From Candidatus Thorarchaeota archaeon (GTDB taxonomy: Archaea > Asgardarchaeota > Thorarchaeia > Thorarchaeales > Thorarchaeaceae): a stretch of DNA of 64,000 nucleotides. The stretch spans positions 24,799 through 88,798 of the forward strand of contig JBHLRQ010000002.1 in the NCBI GenBank assembly GCA_048882385.1, in the 5' to 3' direction. Positions 46,851 to 55,787 of the stretch are shown here, piece by piece. The notes below the pieces were generated by a model. The model saw nothing but the letters and a program-made list of their open reading frames with translations, did not search any database and was not told where the DNA came from. The stretch's first letter is position 1, and each line of letters begins with the position of its first letter. The position numbers and the translations under genes are program-made.

Positions 46851-47222
46851 CTAGTATCCCCACTCCTGCCCAAGCCTCTGACGATACCATCTTTGCCCTT
46901 TCTTGGTGAGTGAGTACTGTCCTTGGAATTCAGACAGTAAACCCATCTCCTCCATGTTGTGTATAACACCAAAGAGCTTGTCGTCTGAGGCACCTGTGAC
47001 CTGTTGGAGTCCAGCGAAGTTCATCTTTCCATTTCTTTTCAGATGTTGAGCAATATCGAATTTTCCGACTGCTCTTGTTTCAGTACGGATTATGATATGT
47101 CCGCAATTTGTACAGAGGAGGTCTCCCTTGTGATCATCTCGGGCAACTTCCCTGCTTCCACAGATTGGGCAGGTCGTCTTTGCAAATCGTAGTGAACGTC
47201 TGTGTGACATGTTTCCGACCAA
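46851..47222 (-). CDS. TFIIB/TFB-type Zn ribbon fused to a winged-helix domain
   Basis: CPICGS...DDHKGDLLCTNCGHII; HTH-wing ..EEMGLL..YSLTKKG. Start may be ATG 47210. Confidence 0.75.
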   Translation of the reverse strand: MVGNMSHRRSLRFAKTTCPICGSREVARDDHKGDLLCTNCGHIIIRTETRAVGKFDIAQHLKRNGKMNFAGLQQVTGASDDKLFGVIHNMEEMGLLSEFQGQYSLTKKGQRWYRQRLGQEWGY

Positions 47223-47277
47223 GTGGAACTCTGAAAGGTACCTTGATAAAACTAACGAAGGAACAAAAGTTCCTTAC

Positions 47278-47781
47278 TCATTTATCATTGACAAGATCTT
47301 TGAAGAATGCTTCATAATCTATCTCAAATGGAACTCGAAGACCTAATCGAACCCTCTTTGCAGTCTTGTCAAGCTCGACATAGCCATGGGTTTGTAGCTC
47401 TCTGAGGTCTTCCAAGACTCCTCGCATACTCTTTTTTCTGAACTCTCTAACCCTGTCATAGGATACCCACCCACCTTCTTGGTATGCAAGTGTTATGACA
47501 ATCAGAAGAGTGGCAGCAAGCTTGTCCGGAAGAGGAGTTTCCTCCTGTTTCAATTTAGTCTGTAATGAAGTGTCCACATAGAAGACGCCACTTACAGGAT
47601 TATGTTTGATCACTAGACCAACGGGTTCTAGCCTACTGTGCAATTCTCCCATTCTTCTGAATAGAATCTCCCGACCAATATCCTCGGGAAGTCCAAGAGC
47701 GTCAAGCATGTCATCTACTCCTGCACCTATGGGATTTCCAGATCTGGTAAGGAGTTTCATGAGAATGGCATACTCGTTCAC
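47278..47781 (-). CDS. Tandem winged-helix kite-type SMC accessory protein (ScpB/Nse1/3-like)
   Basis: WH-A (ELHSRLEPVGLVIK) and WH-B (LAATLLIVITLAY...LRELQTHGYVE); 4 kb from smc/kleisin on the same strand. Confidence 0.65.
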   Translation of the reverse strand: MNEYAILMKLLTRSGNPIGAGVDDMLDALGLPEDIGREILFRRMGELHSRLEPVGLVIKHNPVSGVFYVDTSLQTKLKQEETPLPDKLAATLLIVITLAYQEGGWVSYDRVREFRKKSMRGVLEDLRELQTHGYVELDKTAKRVRLGLRVPFEIDYEAFFKDLVNDK

Positions 47782-47831
47782 AATTGTTTCACCTGAAACT
47801 ACTCTCCTCCAGTATCAAGCATGTATAAACA

Positions 47832-48356
47832 ATGAGGTTTCAAAGAAAGACTCGCGCTAATCCATACTCGTTAATACCCTTCAATTGGAATGGCTGTAGG
47901 AATATGATAGTCGAAATGAACACCCGACTTGAACGCTCAGTGGCTTTCTGTATATGCCTCTTTTTTGCATTGACTTTGATACCACTTTATTCGAATGGGT
48001 TTCATATGTTTGTGATGTTCGTCAGTTTCCAACTAGCCATAGTTCTATTGGGTTGTGAAATTGAGTATATAGTCCTCTGGAGGACTAATGATGATGCAAA
48101 GAAAGGATGGAGAACTCTGAGAAATTATATGATTCTCTTCATAATGGTTTTCTTAATACTGACCCCGGGTGTTCTAGAGTTCTTGATAGGTGTTGATACT
48201 CTGTCTGACCTCTTTAACCCATTATTCTTTGCGTGGTATGTCATCATCGGATGGTTTCAAGGTAAGGTTATTACTAGGCAAACCTACATCCTGAAACCGC
48301 CTTCAGAAATAAAGGGATTTTTGAGAGGTCTGAAGGAGGATAGAAACACAAGCTGA
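47832..48356 (+). CDS. Four-TM membrane protein, unknown function
   Basis: Hydrophobic helices; the true start is probably about 25 codons downstream. Confidence 0.6.
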   Translation: MRFQRKTRANPYSLIPFNWNGCRNMIVEMNTRLERSVAFCICLFFALTLIPLYSNGFHMFVMFVSFQLAIVLLGCEIEYIVLWRTNDDAKKGWRTLRNYMILFIMVFLILTPGVLEFLIGVDTLSDLFNPLFFAWYVIIGWFQGKVITRQTYILKPPSEIKGFLRGLKEDRNTS

Positions 48357-48388
48357 CACCTATTAGACCTCTCAAAAATGATTCATAA

Positions 48389-49573
48389 CTACCGTCGTTT
48401 TACTAACACAATTACAATCATAACCAGGACCAATCCTCCAACTCCAATCGCTATCCATTCGATTGGTATTGGAGCTGATGGTGGAGATTGATCAAGGCGT
48501 TGCCAGGTATTTGAGTTCACATCATATGACCAGGTCTTTCCGTCAGTTTCTGAAACCATTACGGTAGTAGAGAATCCGGTTCGTGTGCCGCCATAGATGA
48601 TTACTCTGTCAGATTCCCAGTCGTAGGCTGAGCCGTGACGACTGCGTACATCTGGGTGAACGGTTGGATTCATCTCTGTCCAAGTCATTGAGTTGTAATC
48701 GAAAAGCCAGGTGTCTGAATACGCAGTCCCTCCGTTCGAACCACCAAATAGGACTATTCTATCACTCTCACTGTCATACGCAAGTGAAGGAACTCCTCTA
48801 CTTGAGGGACTAGAAGTCGGTGTTACGTTTTCCCAGCTATCTGTATTGAAATCGTACACCCATGTATCTCCAAAGTAACTAGATGGCTGATTTACGGAAC
48901 CGCCATTGTAACCTCCGAAAAGAATTACTCTGTCGCTCTCAGAGTCGTACACCATTTTGTGTGCAAACCTATGCGACGGTGCAAGACTTGGACTCATCTG
49001 AGTCCATAAGTTTGTCCCAGGATCAAATGCCCACGTATCGTTAAGAACATCGCCATCCTCCCCCCCGAAGATGATGAATCGATCACTCTCGGAATCGTAT
49101 ACCATACCATGAGCTCGTCTCTCTGAAGGAGCTAGAGTTGGAAGTACCTCTGTCCATGTATCTGTATTTGTGTTGTAAAGCCAGGTGTCGTTGAGCCTAT
49201 CATTGGTGTTGATGTCTCTCATTCCACCGAATAAGACCATTCGATCTCTCATAGAATCATACGCAAATCCTGGCTCTGCTCTTCCATCAGGAGTTGTGGA
49301 CGGACTCTTCTGTGTATAGGTGTCAATGTTGTAATCATATGTTAGGACATCAGTTTTGGAAGCTGTTGTAGGTGTGTTATTCCATCCTCCGAAAATAATC
49401 ACCAAATCTGATTCGTTATCATATGCCATTCCCACATTTCCTCTTGTTGGTAGATCTGCTTGATCTGCTATCGTAAAATCTCGATTCAATGAATCAATCG
49501 AAGCCACTGGATTGACTGCTATAGCTGGTGTATATGACAATACTAAAACAAACGCAGCTAATAGTGCAATCAC
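48389..49573 (-). CDS. Secreted, membrane-anchored Kelch-repeat beta-propeller
   Basis: Six YDSESDR.ILFGG...DTW.YD...W repeats; signal peptide; C-terminal TM + KRR. Confidence 0.9.
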   Translation of the reverse strand: MIALLAAFVLVLSYTPAIAVNPVASIDSLNRDFTIADQADLPTRGNVGMAYDNESDLVIIFGGWNNTPTTASKTDVLTYDYNIDTYTQKSPSTTPDGRAEPGFAYDSMRDRMVLFGGMRDINTNDRLNDTWLYNTNTDTWTEVLPTLAPSERRAHGMVYDSESDRFIIFGGEDGDVLNDTWAFDPGTNLWTQMSPSLAPSHRFAHKMVYDSESDRVILFGGYNGGSVNQPSSYFGDTWVYDFNTDSWENVTPTSSPSSRGVPSLAYDSESDRIVLFGGSNGGTAYSDTWLFDYNSMTWTEMNPTVHPDVRSRHGSAYDWESDRVIIYGGTRTGFSTTVMVSETDGKTWSYDVNSNTWQRLDQSPPSAPIPIEWIAIGVGGLVLVMIVIVLVKRR

Positions 49574-49655
49574 TTTCTTTAATGAAATCTCAGAATGTGT
49601 AATTCTTCATTCCTCCTCTACCTGTCCGATTAGATAATCAAAGTATCATTTAAGA

Positions 49656-49679
49656 TACTATAGGGATACTGCTATAGTA
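49656..49679. promoter_or_regulatory. Perfect 8-8-8 palindrome upstream of the Kelch gene
   Basis: TACTATAG-GGATACTG-CTATAGTA, adjacent to a minus-strand TTAAAT box. Confidence 0.45.
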
Positions 49680-49933
49680 AAAAAGTGATATAGCAACTGC
49701 AAAATTCTCCATCTTCGATAAGAGACATTTTCCTACTCCCAACACATTTACTTCCTCCAATTAGTAAGGGTCAGAAACAGGGAATCCTCAAAACACCGCG
49801 AACAATAGAATTCAATTGACCTATCTTACTAACTTTCACAGGTTATGTAATAACTGGTTGAGCACACTAGTATATAATAGAAAAAGTTACTATTTGGTAA
49901 ATCACTTACCACAAGGAAAGTGCCCTTTTTGAT

Positions 49934-49990
49934 AGTCACATATTGTGACTTCATTCTGTGACCCTAACAAGTGGCTTTGCTATATATATC
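49934..49990 (+). promoter_or_regulatory. Palindromic site plus TATA box for the uORF/MFS transcript
   Basis: AGTCACA-TAT-TGTGACT at 49934-49950; TATATATAT at 49981-49989. Confidence 0.5.
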
Positions 49991-50020
49991 AAAATTGAGC
50001 AGTCTTTCTTGTGAAATATT

Positions 50021-50122
50021 ATGGCTCTAACAACCAACTCACGAAAATCATCTGTGTCAAAGAACAACAACAAAGCTCAGTCAACTGACGCTCTTGCTTA
50101 TGCCTACTTGACTATGAGGTGA
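50021..50122 (+). CDS. Putative leader peptide uORF1 (33 aa)
   Basis: MALTTNSRKSSVSKNNNKAQSTDALAYAYLTMR*; GTGA SD; stop overlaps a GAGGTGA SD; aligns ungapped with uORF3. Confidence 0.55.
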   Translation: MALTTNSRKSSVSKNNNKAQSTDALAYAYLTMR

Positions 50123-50127
50123 ATCTC

Positions 50128-50244
50128 TTGAAGCGAATTATGAACCCTGTAAATTGGTATCTTGCAGATCCATTGGTGACCCAGCGTGGTCACCCGGTGG
50201 TCACAGAAGTGGGCACTGAGTCTCAGAAATACAATATCTTGTGA
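50128..50244 (+). CDS. Possible small uORF2 (38 aa) spanning leader hairpins
   Basis: TTG 5 nt after GAGGTGA; MKRIMNPVNWYLADPLVTQRGHPVVTEVGTESQKYNIL*. Confidence 0.35.
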   Translation: MKRIMNPVNWYLADPLVTQRGHPVVTEVGTESQKYNIL

Positions 50245-50271
50245 CCACCCTAAAGACGGATGTGAATTACT

Positions 50272-50370
50272 ATGGCTCTCGCGAAAATTGAACCGAACAA
50301 ACGTGTCTTGAATAAAGCTAAGATTCCCCTCTCGACAACTGCTGTCGCTCGAGTATATTTTAGGAGATAA
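50272..50370 (+). CDS. Putative leader peptide uORF3 (32 aa)
   Basis: MALAKIEPNKRVLNKAKIPLSTTAVARVYFRR*; its last codons AGG AGA form the SD of the MFS gene. Confidence 0.55.
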   Translation: MALAKIEPNKRVLNKAKIPLSTTAVARVYFRR

Positions 50371-50375
50371 TCTAG

Positions 50376-51716
50376 TTGACTGAAACTATGCTTGTTGAAG
50401 AATCGGAAGAGAAGACTGAAACCAAGGGTTTCAGAGCTGTTCTCAGCCATCGCGACTTCTCGTTCCTCTGGTCTGGACAGTTAGTGTCCAACATTGGTAC
50501 TGCAATATCCTCACTTGCTCTTTTGTTCTATGCTTACGACCTAACAGGTTCAGCTATGGCAATGGCGATTCTTGCAATGGTCCAAACAATTCCAGTTGTT
50601 GTTTTTGCCGGTTTCGTTGGTGTGTATGTTGATCAATGGAATAGGAAAAAGATAATGGTTGCATCCGATATTGTACGAGCCATCACAATTCTCCTCATTC
50701 CGCTTACAATCTACTTTCCTACATTTTTGCCCACAATCTATTGGGTTTACTTACTCACATTTATCTATGCTACAGCAAATGCATGGTTCTTTCCAGCAAG
50801 AAGCGCATCCATTCCCAACCTCGTTGAAGGTGATGAGCTAGTAGCAGCCAACTCTCTATCTCAGATGACATTTCAGGTTGTTCAGTTAGTTGTTCCACCA
50901 CTTGGGGGTATCCTAGTTGCGCTCCTTGCACCAGATTATTTCCTCGCCTTTGCGATAACCTCATCATCTTTCATCTTCTCTGCTGTTGCACTCCGTGGTA
51001 TCAAAACAAATCTCATTCCTGATAGGACCAATGAAGACAGAGAGTCCTTAATGGCACAGATTGCGCAAGGTGCTCGCTATGTTATTGGGAATGCAATCCT
51101 CTCATTCCTCTTTGTATTCGCAATGCTTCTTGCTGCATCATCTGGAATTCTGAATGCTTTGTTGATGCCATATTTTGAAGGAGAAATCGGATTAGGATCC
51201 GCACAGGTTGGTCTAGTTCTTAGTGCGGGTGCTGCTTCTGGAGCGGCTTCTGCAGTCTACTTCAGCCGGAAGAAGGATTTGGACAAACCTCTCTATCTTG
51301 TCGCATTTGCTGGGCTTTTAGCCGGTGTCGCAGTTTTTGCACTTGTTCTAGCATTTGATCTTGTGACTGTGATGATATCATGGGCAATGATTGGCGCTGT
51401 CGATGTCATTCTGAACATACCTCTGTCAGTTCTGATGCAACAGCTTGTTGAGGATAAGCTCCGAGGTCGTGTCTTTTCACTTCTAAACGTGGCTTTTACA
51501 GCAGTGCAGGTTGTCGGAATGGGTTTGGGTGGTGTTTGGGCTGAAGTAGCGGGCTCCACTGGTCCTCCGCTGATTGGTGCTGCAGTTGGATTGGTGATAG
51601 TATCTCTCCTAGGCTTTGTGGTTGTCGCAATAATGAAACTTCACTCTAGATTGGAAATTCCATCTGAAGTGGAAGTTGAAGAAGCTCCAGCAATTCCTGT
51701 AGAAGTCCATGCTTGA
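50376..51716 (+). CDS. MFS transporter (DHA3/MefA-like efflux family)
   Basis: RDFSFLWSGQLVSNIG, GVYVDQWNRKKIMVASD, FFPARSASIPNLV, LRGRVFS; about 12 TM. Confidence 0.9.
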   Translation: MTETMLVEESEEKTETKGFRAVLSHRDFSFLWSGQLVSNIGTAISSLALLFYAYDLTGSAMAMAILAMVQTIPVVVFAGFVGVYVDQWNRKKIMVASDIVRAITILLIPLTIYFPTFLPTIYWVYLLTFIYATANAWFFPARSASIPNLVEGDELVAANSLSQMTFQVVQLVVPPLGGILVALLAPDYFLAFAITSSSFIFSAVALRGIKTNLIPDRTNEDRESLMAQIAQGARYVIGNAILSFLFVFAMLLAASSGILNALLMPYFEGEIGLGSAQVGLVLSAGAASGAASAVYFSRKKDLDKPLYLVAFAGLLAGVAVFALVLAFDLVTVMISWAMIGAVDVILNIPLSVLMQQLVEDKLRGRVFSLLNVAFTAVQVVGMGLGGVWAEVAGSTGPPLIGAAVGLVIVSLLGFVVVAIMKLHSRLEIPSEVEVEEAPAIPVEVHA

Positions 51717-51741
51717 GAAATCAAGCATGACTTTCTCTTTC

Positions 51742-52401
51742 TTATGTTGAGTCAATATCTGCCAATGATGGTTTCCAGACCTCACGCGTTTCAGGATCGT
51801 AATTTAACCGACCCTTGGATACTAGAATCACAACATAGAGAAACTGTTTCAGAAATATATCAAACTCATTACTCATAACAAGTTCATCGAAAGTGATTCT
51901 CCCATTGTTTATCGTCTGCAAGAATTTTTCCAAGTCCTCCAAAAACACTGATTCTTCTGTTTCTAAGGCATATCCATTTGGTAAATCGGTGATTTTTGGA
52001 ATAGTTTCTTCTACGGGTTCTCGAGACAATGCATCAATAATTTGCACAACACGCTCAAGTGCTGTACCTAATGATGAATGTTCAATATGTCCAATGACCA
52101 CAGGTTGTTTTGGAGATAGAAGCTTCGCAAGTTCTCTTGAAGATCTCCCCTTCAGTTTGTTTACATAAATCTCTGGAGCTGCGAGAACACGAGCGAGTTC
52201 CTGAACTCTATTTACCTTTGAGCTTAGAATCTCGTTAAGCATTTCATCAATGTCAATTCTGCTGTCTATTTTGGCTGCTAATTCTTGAAGTTCTTTATAT
52301 GCTTCTGTCAATCTGAGTTCAAGGGGATCAATATCACCTGAGCGTGCAGCTTGAATCATTTCGAACACACGCATGGCAAGACTACCATTTTCACTCAACA
52401 A
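51742..52401 (-). CDS. scpA: ScpA-like kleisin
   Basis: N-terminal GDIDPLELRL (cf. ScpA IDPWDIDI); C-terminal WH ITFDELV...FLYVVILVSKGRL; directly downstream of smc. Confidence 0.7.
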   Translation of the reverse strand: MLSENGSLAMRVFEMIQAARSGDIDPLELRLTEAYKELQELAAKIDSRIDIDEMLNEILSSKVNRVQELARVLAAPEIYVNKLKGRSSRELAKLLSPKQPVVIGHIEHSSLGTALERVVQIIDALSREPVEETIPKITDLPNGYALETEESVFLEDLEKFLQTINNGRITFDELVMSNEFDIFLKQFLYVVILVSKGRLNYDPETREVWKPSLADIDST

Positions 52402-52411
52402 TCAATCCCTC

Positions 52412-55400
52412 CTATTGTGCTTTGAACTTAGGACTCTCAATAATCACAGATGGATCTACTCCGTTTGGAGACACCACTCCCAAGATTTTGTCTGCGTGTT
52501 TCAATAGGTGAGTGCTCTTTGCTGGCGTGAGTATGATAAACTGACTTCTACGTGACGCATCGTGAAATAGTCTACTGACAAGTTCGGTGTTTGTTGCATC
52601 AAGGAATGTATCTACCTCGTCCATGATATACACGGGTGCTGGATTGAAACCTTGCAATGCAAGAATTAGACCGATCGCAATAAGAGACCTTTCGCCTCCA
52701 GAGCCAGCACTTATAGCTCCAAATCCCTCGGATTTAATTCGTGATTGGAACTCGACACCGTATTTACCATCTCTCAGAGCCAGCTCGAATCGAACACTTC
52801 CAGGGAATTGTACTCGCCCCAGAACTTGGTTGACACCCTTCTCAACATTGCGAAGGGTTTCATTCATTCCATTATGGTACTGTTCTCTGATATTGCGTAC
52901 AGCTGACTCTGCTTCATCCAATTCTTCAGTCAACTCAGCTACACGTACAATGAGTGTCTTGAGTCGACCTTTCAGCTGATTTTCTGTATGAGCGACGGTT
53001 TCTGAAACGTCTTGATAATCATCCAAAATATGGCGTATTTTCACTAGGTCGCTTCTTACTACATCAATCGCGCGGATGTTTTCAGGTCTTTCCTTATTTT
53101 GAAGTTCCTGTTCTAACAACTCTAGATCATACTCTAGATTGGTCAACAACCTCTTTGCCTGCAGGACTTCTAGACGTCTGTCCTTCAAAATAAGATTGAG
53201 TTCTACAAGTCGTTCGCTCAAAGACCTCATCGTATTTTTAGCGTCATCAAACTCCTGCTTTGCCGACGCCTGAGCTTCGCGCGTCTTTGCTGCACTCTCT
53301 CTCAGAACTTCGATTTTTTCCAGAATTGCTGATGTTGTGTCCTTTGACTTTTTCATTTCATTTCGTAGGTCTGAGAGACTTTCTGAAAGCATTGTTATAT
53401 TCTCAGCTACTCGTCGAAGTTCTTGTCTCTTTAGCTCCTCATCCCTATCCGTAGCATGAGCTTTGTTGTCTACCTTGGTCAGGTCGCTTTGTACACGTCT
53501 ATGTTTGATTCTAACTGCTGACTCTTGACCTACCAATCTGCTCCTTTCTGGTGGTTGTGTACCATCAAGTTTCCTGAGATTCCTTTCGGATTTTCCATAT
53601 TCACGTTGAAGTGTTTTCAATTCATCATCTATGGAAGCCAATCTCTCCTCAAGTTCTGGTATGCTTTCGTTCAACTTGCGCCGCCTCTCCCAAGTCGAAC
53701 TCCAACGAGTCATTTGTCCAAGGAGATCCATTGTTTCTTCCCGTTCTGTAGAGAGAATTTCGAGCCTACTCATAATTTCTGTTACATGTTTACGTTCATT
53801 TGTCAGATTCTTTTCCTGCTTTTCTAGACGTGTCTGAAGAGGTGCTGTAGAAACTAATCCTGATGGTTCACTCTTTGGATGACTTACAATTTGTGTGTTC
53901 TGAGGTATCGTGACATATCCGTCAAAAGTAACTACTTTCTTGTTGTGGCTTACAGAAAGTCTGGCTGCTGTTTGAACATTCTTCACTAGGATAAAATCAC
54001 CAAACACTCTACGGAAGAGATTCTGTATGTCCATGTCTACAGTTAGTCTGTCCCAGAGCCAGCCGTCAACTCCAACTCCATGGGGAAGTTCTGGTCTTTT
54101 ATATTCATCATCTGTTTCTCTTAGGAATATTATTGGAGATGGTGCTTCAGCATTATTTCTCAGCTTCAGCATTAATTGGTATTCTGACTGGTCTGTTACA
54201 ATAAAGGCTAGGGGTAAATTGCCTGATAGAACAGCTTCTACGGCTGTAGAAATATCGTCTTCAGCAATGAACATCTCGATGAGCGGTCCCTCTACAGATT
54301 CCAGTTCATGTTCTTGGATAGATTCTTTCAATTCTCTCACTGAATCTGGAATTCTTTTCGAAGTTTCAGAAAGCTTAACCTTGATTTCATCAATCTCTTT
54401 CTGTAATTGCGCAACCAGACTTGTCTTCTTGAACCTCTCTTCATTCAGAGCTGCGATTTCTCTCTCAAGTTGAGATTTTCTCGCAGTGAGTTCCTTCTCA
54501 TCTGTCTTCTCAATTTTATCCCAAACTTGAGACCATTTACTCTCGATAGATTGAAGCTCCGCTTCTTCTACTTGGATACGTTCTCGTAGACTTCTCATCA
54601 GAAGATCCTTGCCTTCTATCTCTGCTTGGAGCGCTTTGTATAGACCATGAGCTTCAGCTCGTTTGGTGTTCCATTCAGCAAATGCAGCAAGTTCATCTTG
54701 GATTTTGGACCGTTCCTCTTCCAATCCCTCAAGTTCTTCACGCAACTCTCTCTGCCTTTGCATATACTGTTCCTTTGCGGCTGATACTCTGTCAAGGTCT
54801 TCTCGCAGTTTCTCTTCTTTCCTTTTCTCCGCTCTAACATTGCTTTCTAATTGTCTAAGTTCCACAACCTGCTTCTTTGAATCTCCTTCGAGTTTCGCGA
54901 GATTCCTTTCTTCTTCATCTATCTTCGCCTCAATTCTACCGATCTCAGTCTGCAAACCTGCTAGTCTTGTTTCGATTCTAGTACTCTCTTCCTCTTGCTC
55001 AGAAATCTGACCTTCAATTATTGATTGTTCTTCCAGTATTCCAACAAGCCCAGATTCTTTAGATTCTATCTCATTTTTTGTCTGTTCCATTCTAACTGAG
55101 AGGTCATCATACGAAGACCATTTACGCTCCTGTTCAAGTTCATGTTCCTGTTCCTGTAATGCTCTCTTCTTCTCAAGTCTGGTTATGTCATGCTGCAATA
55201 ATTCTAGTTCTCGTTCAACAGTCTTAGATTCAGTAAGAGCTGTTTCTAATTTCTGACGACTCTGAGTCACTTCAGTTTCCTGAAGTCCTATCCTATCTCG
55301 AAGAGTATCAAGTCCTGTTCCTTCTTCAACGAGTCTCCGGACTTCAAATGGATCCATCTCTCGAATAGCATTGATACGCTCTTGAGGCATGAACACAAGT

Positions 55401-55783
55401 GGGTTATCTGTGTCTAACCCAAATCCCTCCACCAAGAGTTTGTGTTCAGCAGCTTTTACACGTTTTCCGTCAACATAGGCTCGAGGAATTCCGTCACGAT
55501 CGATTTTCCGTAGGAATTTCCTACTCTGACCATTCACTTTGACAGTTACTTCAACTTCTGCTGTATTTGCACCGTGTCGAATGAAATCACTCCATTTGCT
55601 ATACCTATTCTCTCTCTGATTAGAGCCAAGCGCAAACTTCAATGCATGGAAGATAGATGTTTTGCCTGAACCATTTGGTCCTGCAAGTACAGTGAGCCCT
55701 CTGTCAAACTCTACGCGTCCTTTGTAGAAGGACAGAAAGTTTCCCAATCTGGCCGATGTGATGTAAACGCTGTTTTCACCCAT
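52412..55783 (-). CDS. smc: SMC family ATPase (Smc5/6-like head motifs)
   Basis: GPNGSGKT, Q-loop FMPQERI, long coiled coils, hinge (VEGPL..VVTFDG), signature SGGERS, Walker B IMDEVDTFLD. Confidence 0.93.
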   Translation of the reverse strand: MGENSVYITSARLGNFLSFYKGRVEFDRGLTVLAGPNGSGKTSIFHALKFALGSNQRENRYSKWSDFIRHGANTAEVEVTVKVNGQSRKFLRKIDRDGIPRAYVDGKRVKAAEHKLLVEGFGLDTDNPLVFMPQERINAIREMDPFEVRRLVEEGTGLDTLRDRIGLQETEVTQSRQKLETALTESKTVERELELLQHDITRLEKKRALQEQEHELEQERKWSSYDDLSVRMEQTKNEIESKESGLVGILEEQSIIEGQISEQEEESTRIETRLAGLQTEIGRIEAKIDEEERNLAKLEGDSKKQVVELRQLESNVRAEKRKEEKLREDLDRVSAAKEQYMQRQRELREELEGLEEERSKIQDELAAFAEWNTKRAEAHGLYKALQAEIEGKDLLMRSLRERIQVEEAELQSIESKWSQVWDKIEKTDEKELTARKSQLEREIAALNEERFKKTSLVAQLQKEIDEIKVKLSETSKRIPDSVRELKESIQEHELESVEGPLIEMFIAEDDISTAVEAVLSGNLPLAFIVTDQSEYQLMLKLRNNAEAPSPIIFLRETDDEYKRPELPHGVGVDGWLWDRLTVDMDIQNLFRRVFGDFILVKNVQTAARLSVSHNKKVVTFDGYVTIPQNTQIVSHPKSEPSGLVSTAPLQTRLEKQEKNLTNERKHVTEIMSRLEILSTEREETMDLLGQMTRWSSTWERRRKLNESIPELEERLASIDDELKTLQREYGKSERNLRKLDGTQPPERSRLVGQESAVRIKHRRVQSDLTKVDNKAHATDRDEELKRQELRRVAENITMLSESLSDLRNEMKKSKDTTSAILEKIEVLRESAAKTREAQASAKQEFDDAKNTMRSLSERLVELNLILKDRRLEVLQAKRLLTNLEYDLELLEQELQNKERPENIRAIDVVRSDLVKIRHILDDYQDVSETVAHTENQLKGRLKTLIVRVAELTEELDEAESAVRNIREQYHNGMNETLRNVEKGVNQVLGRVQFPGSVRFELALRDGKYGVEFQSRIKSEGFGAISAGSGGERSLIAIGLILALQGFNPAPVYIMDEVDTFLDATNTELVSRLFHDASRRSQFIILTPAKSTHLLKHADKILGVVSPNGVDPSVIIESPKFKAQ

Positions 55784-55787
55784 CTAT

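Noticed and set aside
46724-46993. 89-aa minus-strand ORF
   Set aside because: Overlaps the TFB-ribbon gene in another frame and runs through the promoter of RNA copy 2; no protein-like features.
47278-55783. Wadjet/MksBEFG defence system interpretation of the SMC genes
   Set aside because: No JetD/Toprim nuclease nearby; hinge and head motifs fit chromosomal Smc/Smc5-6 types.
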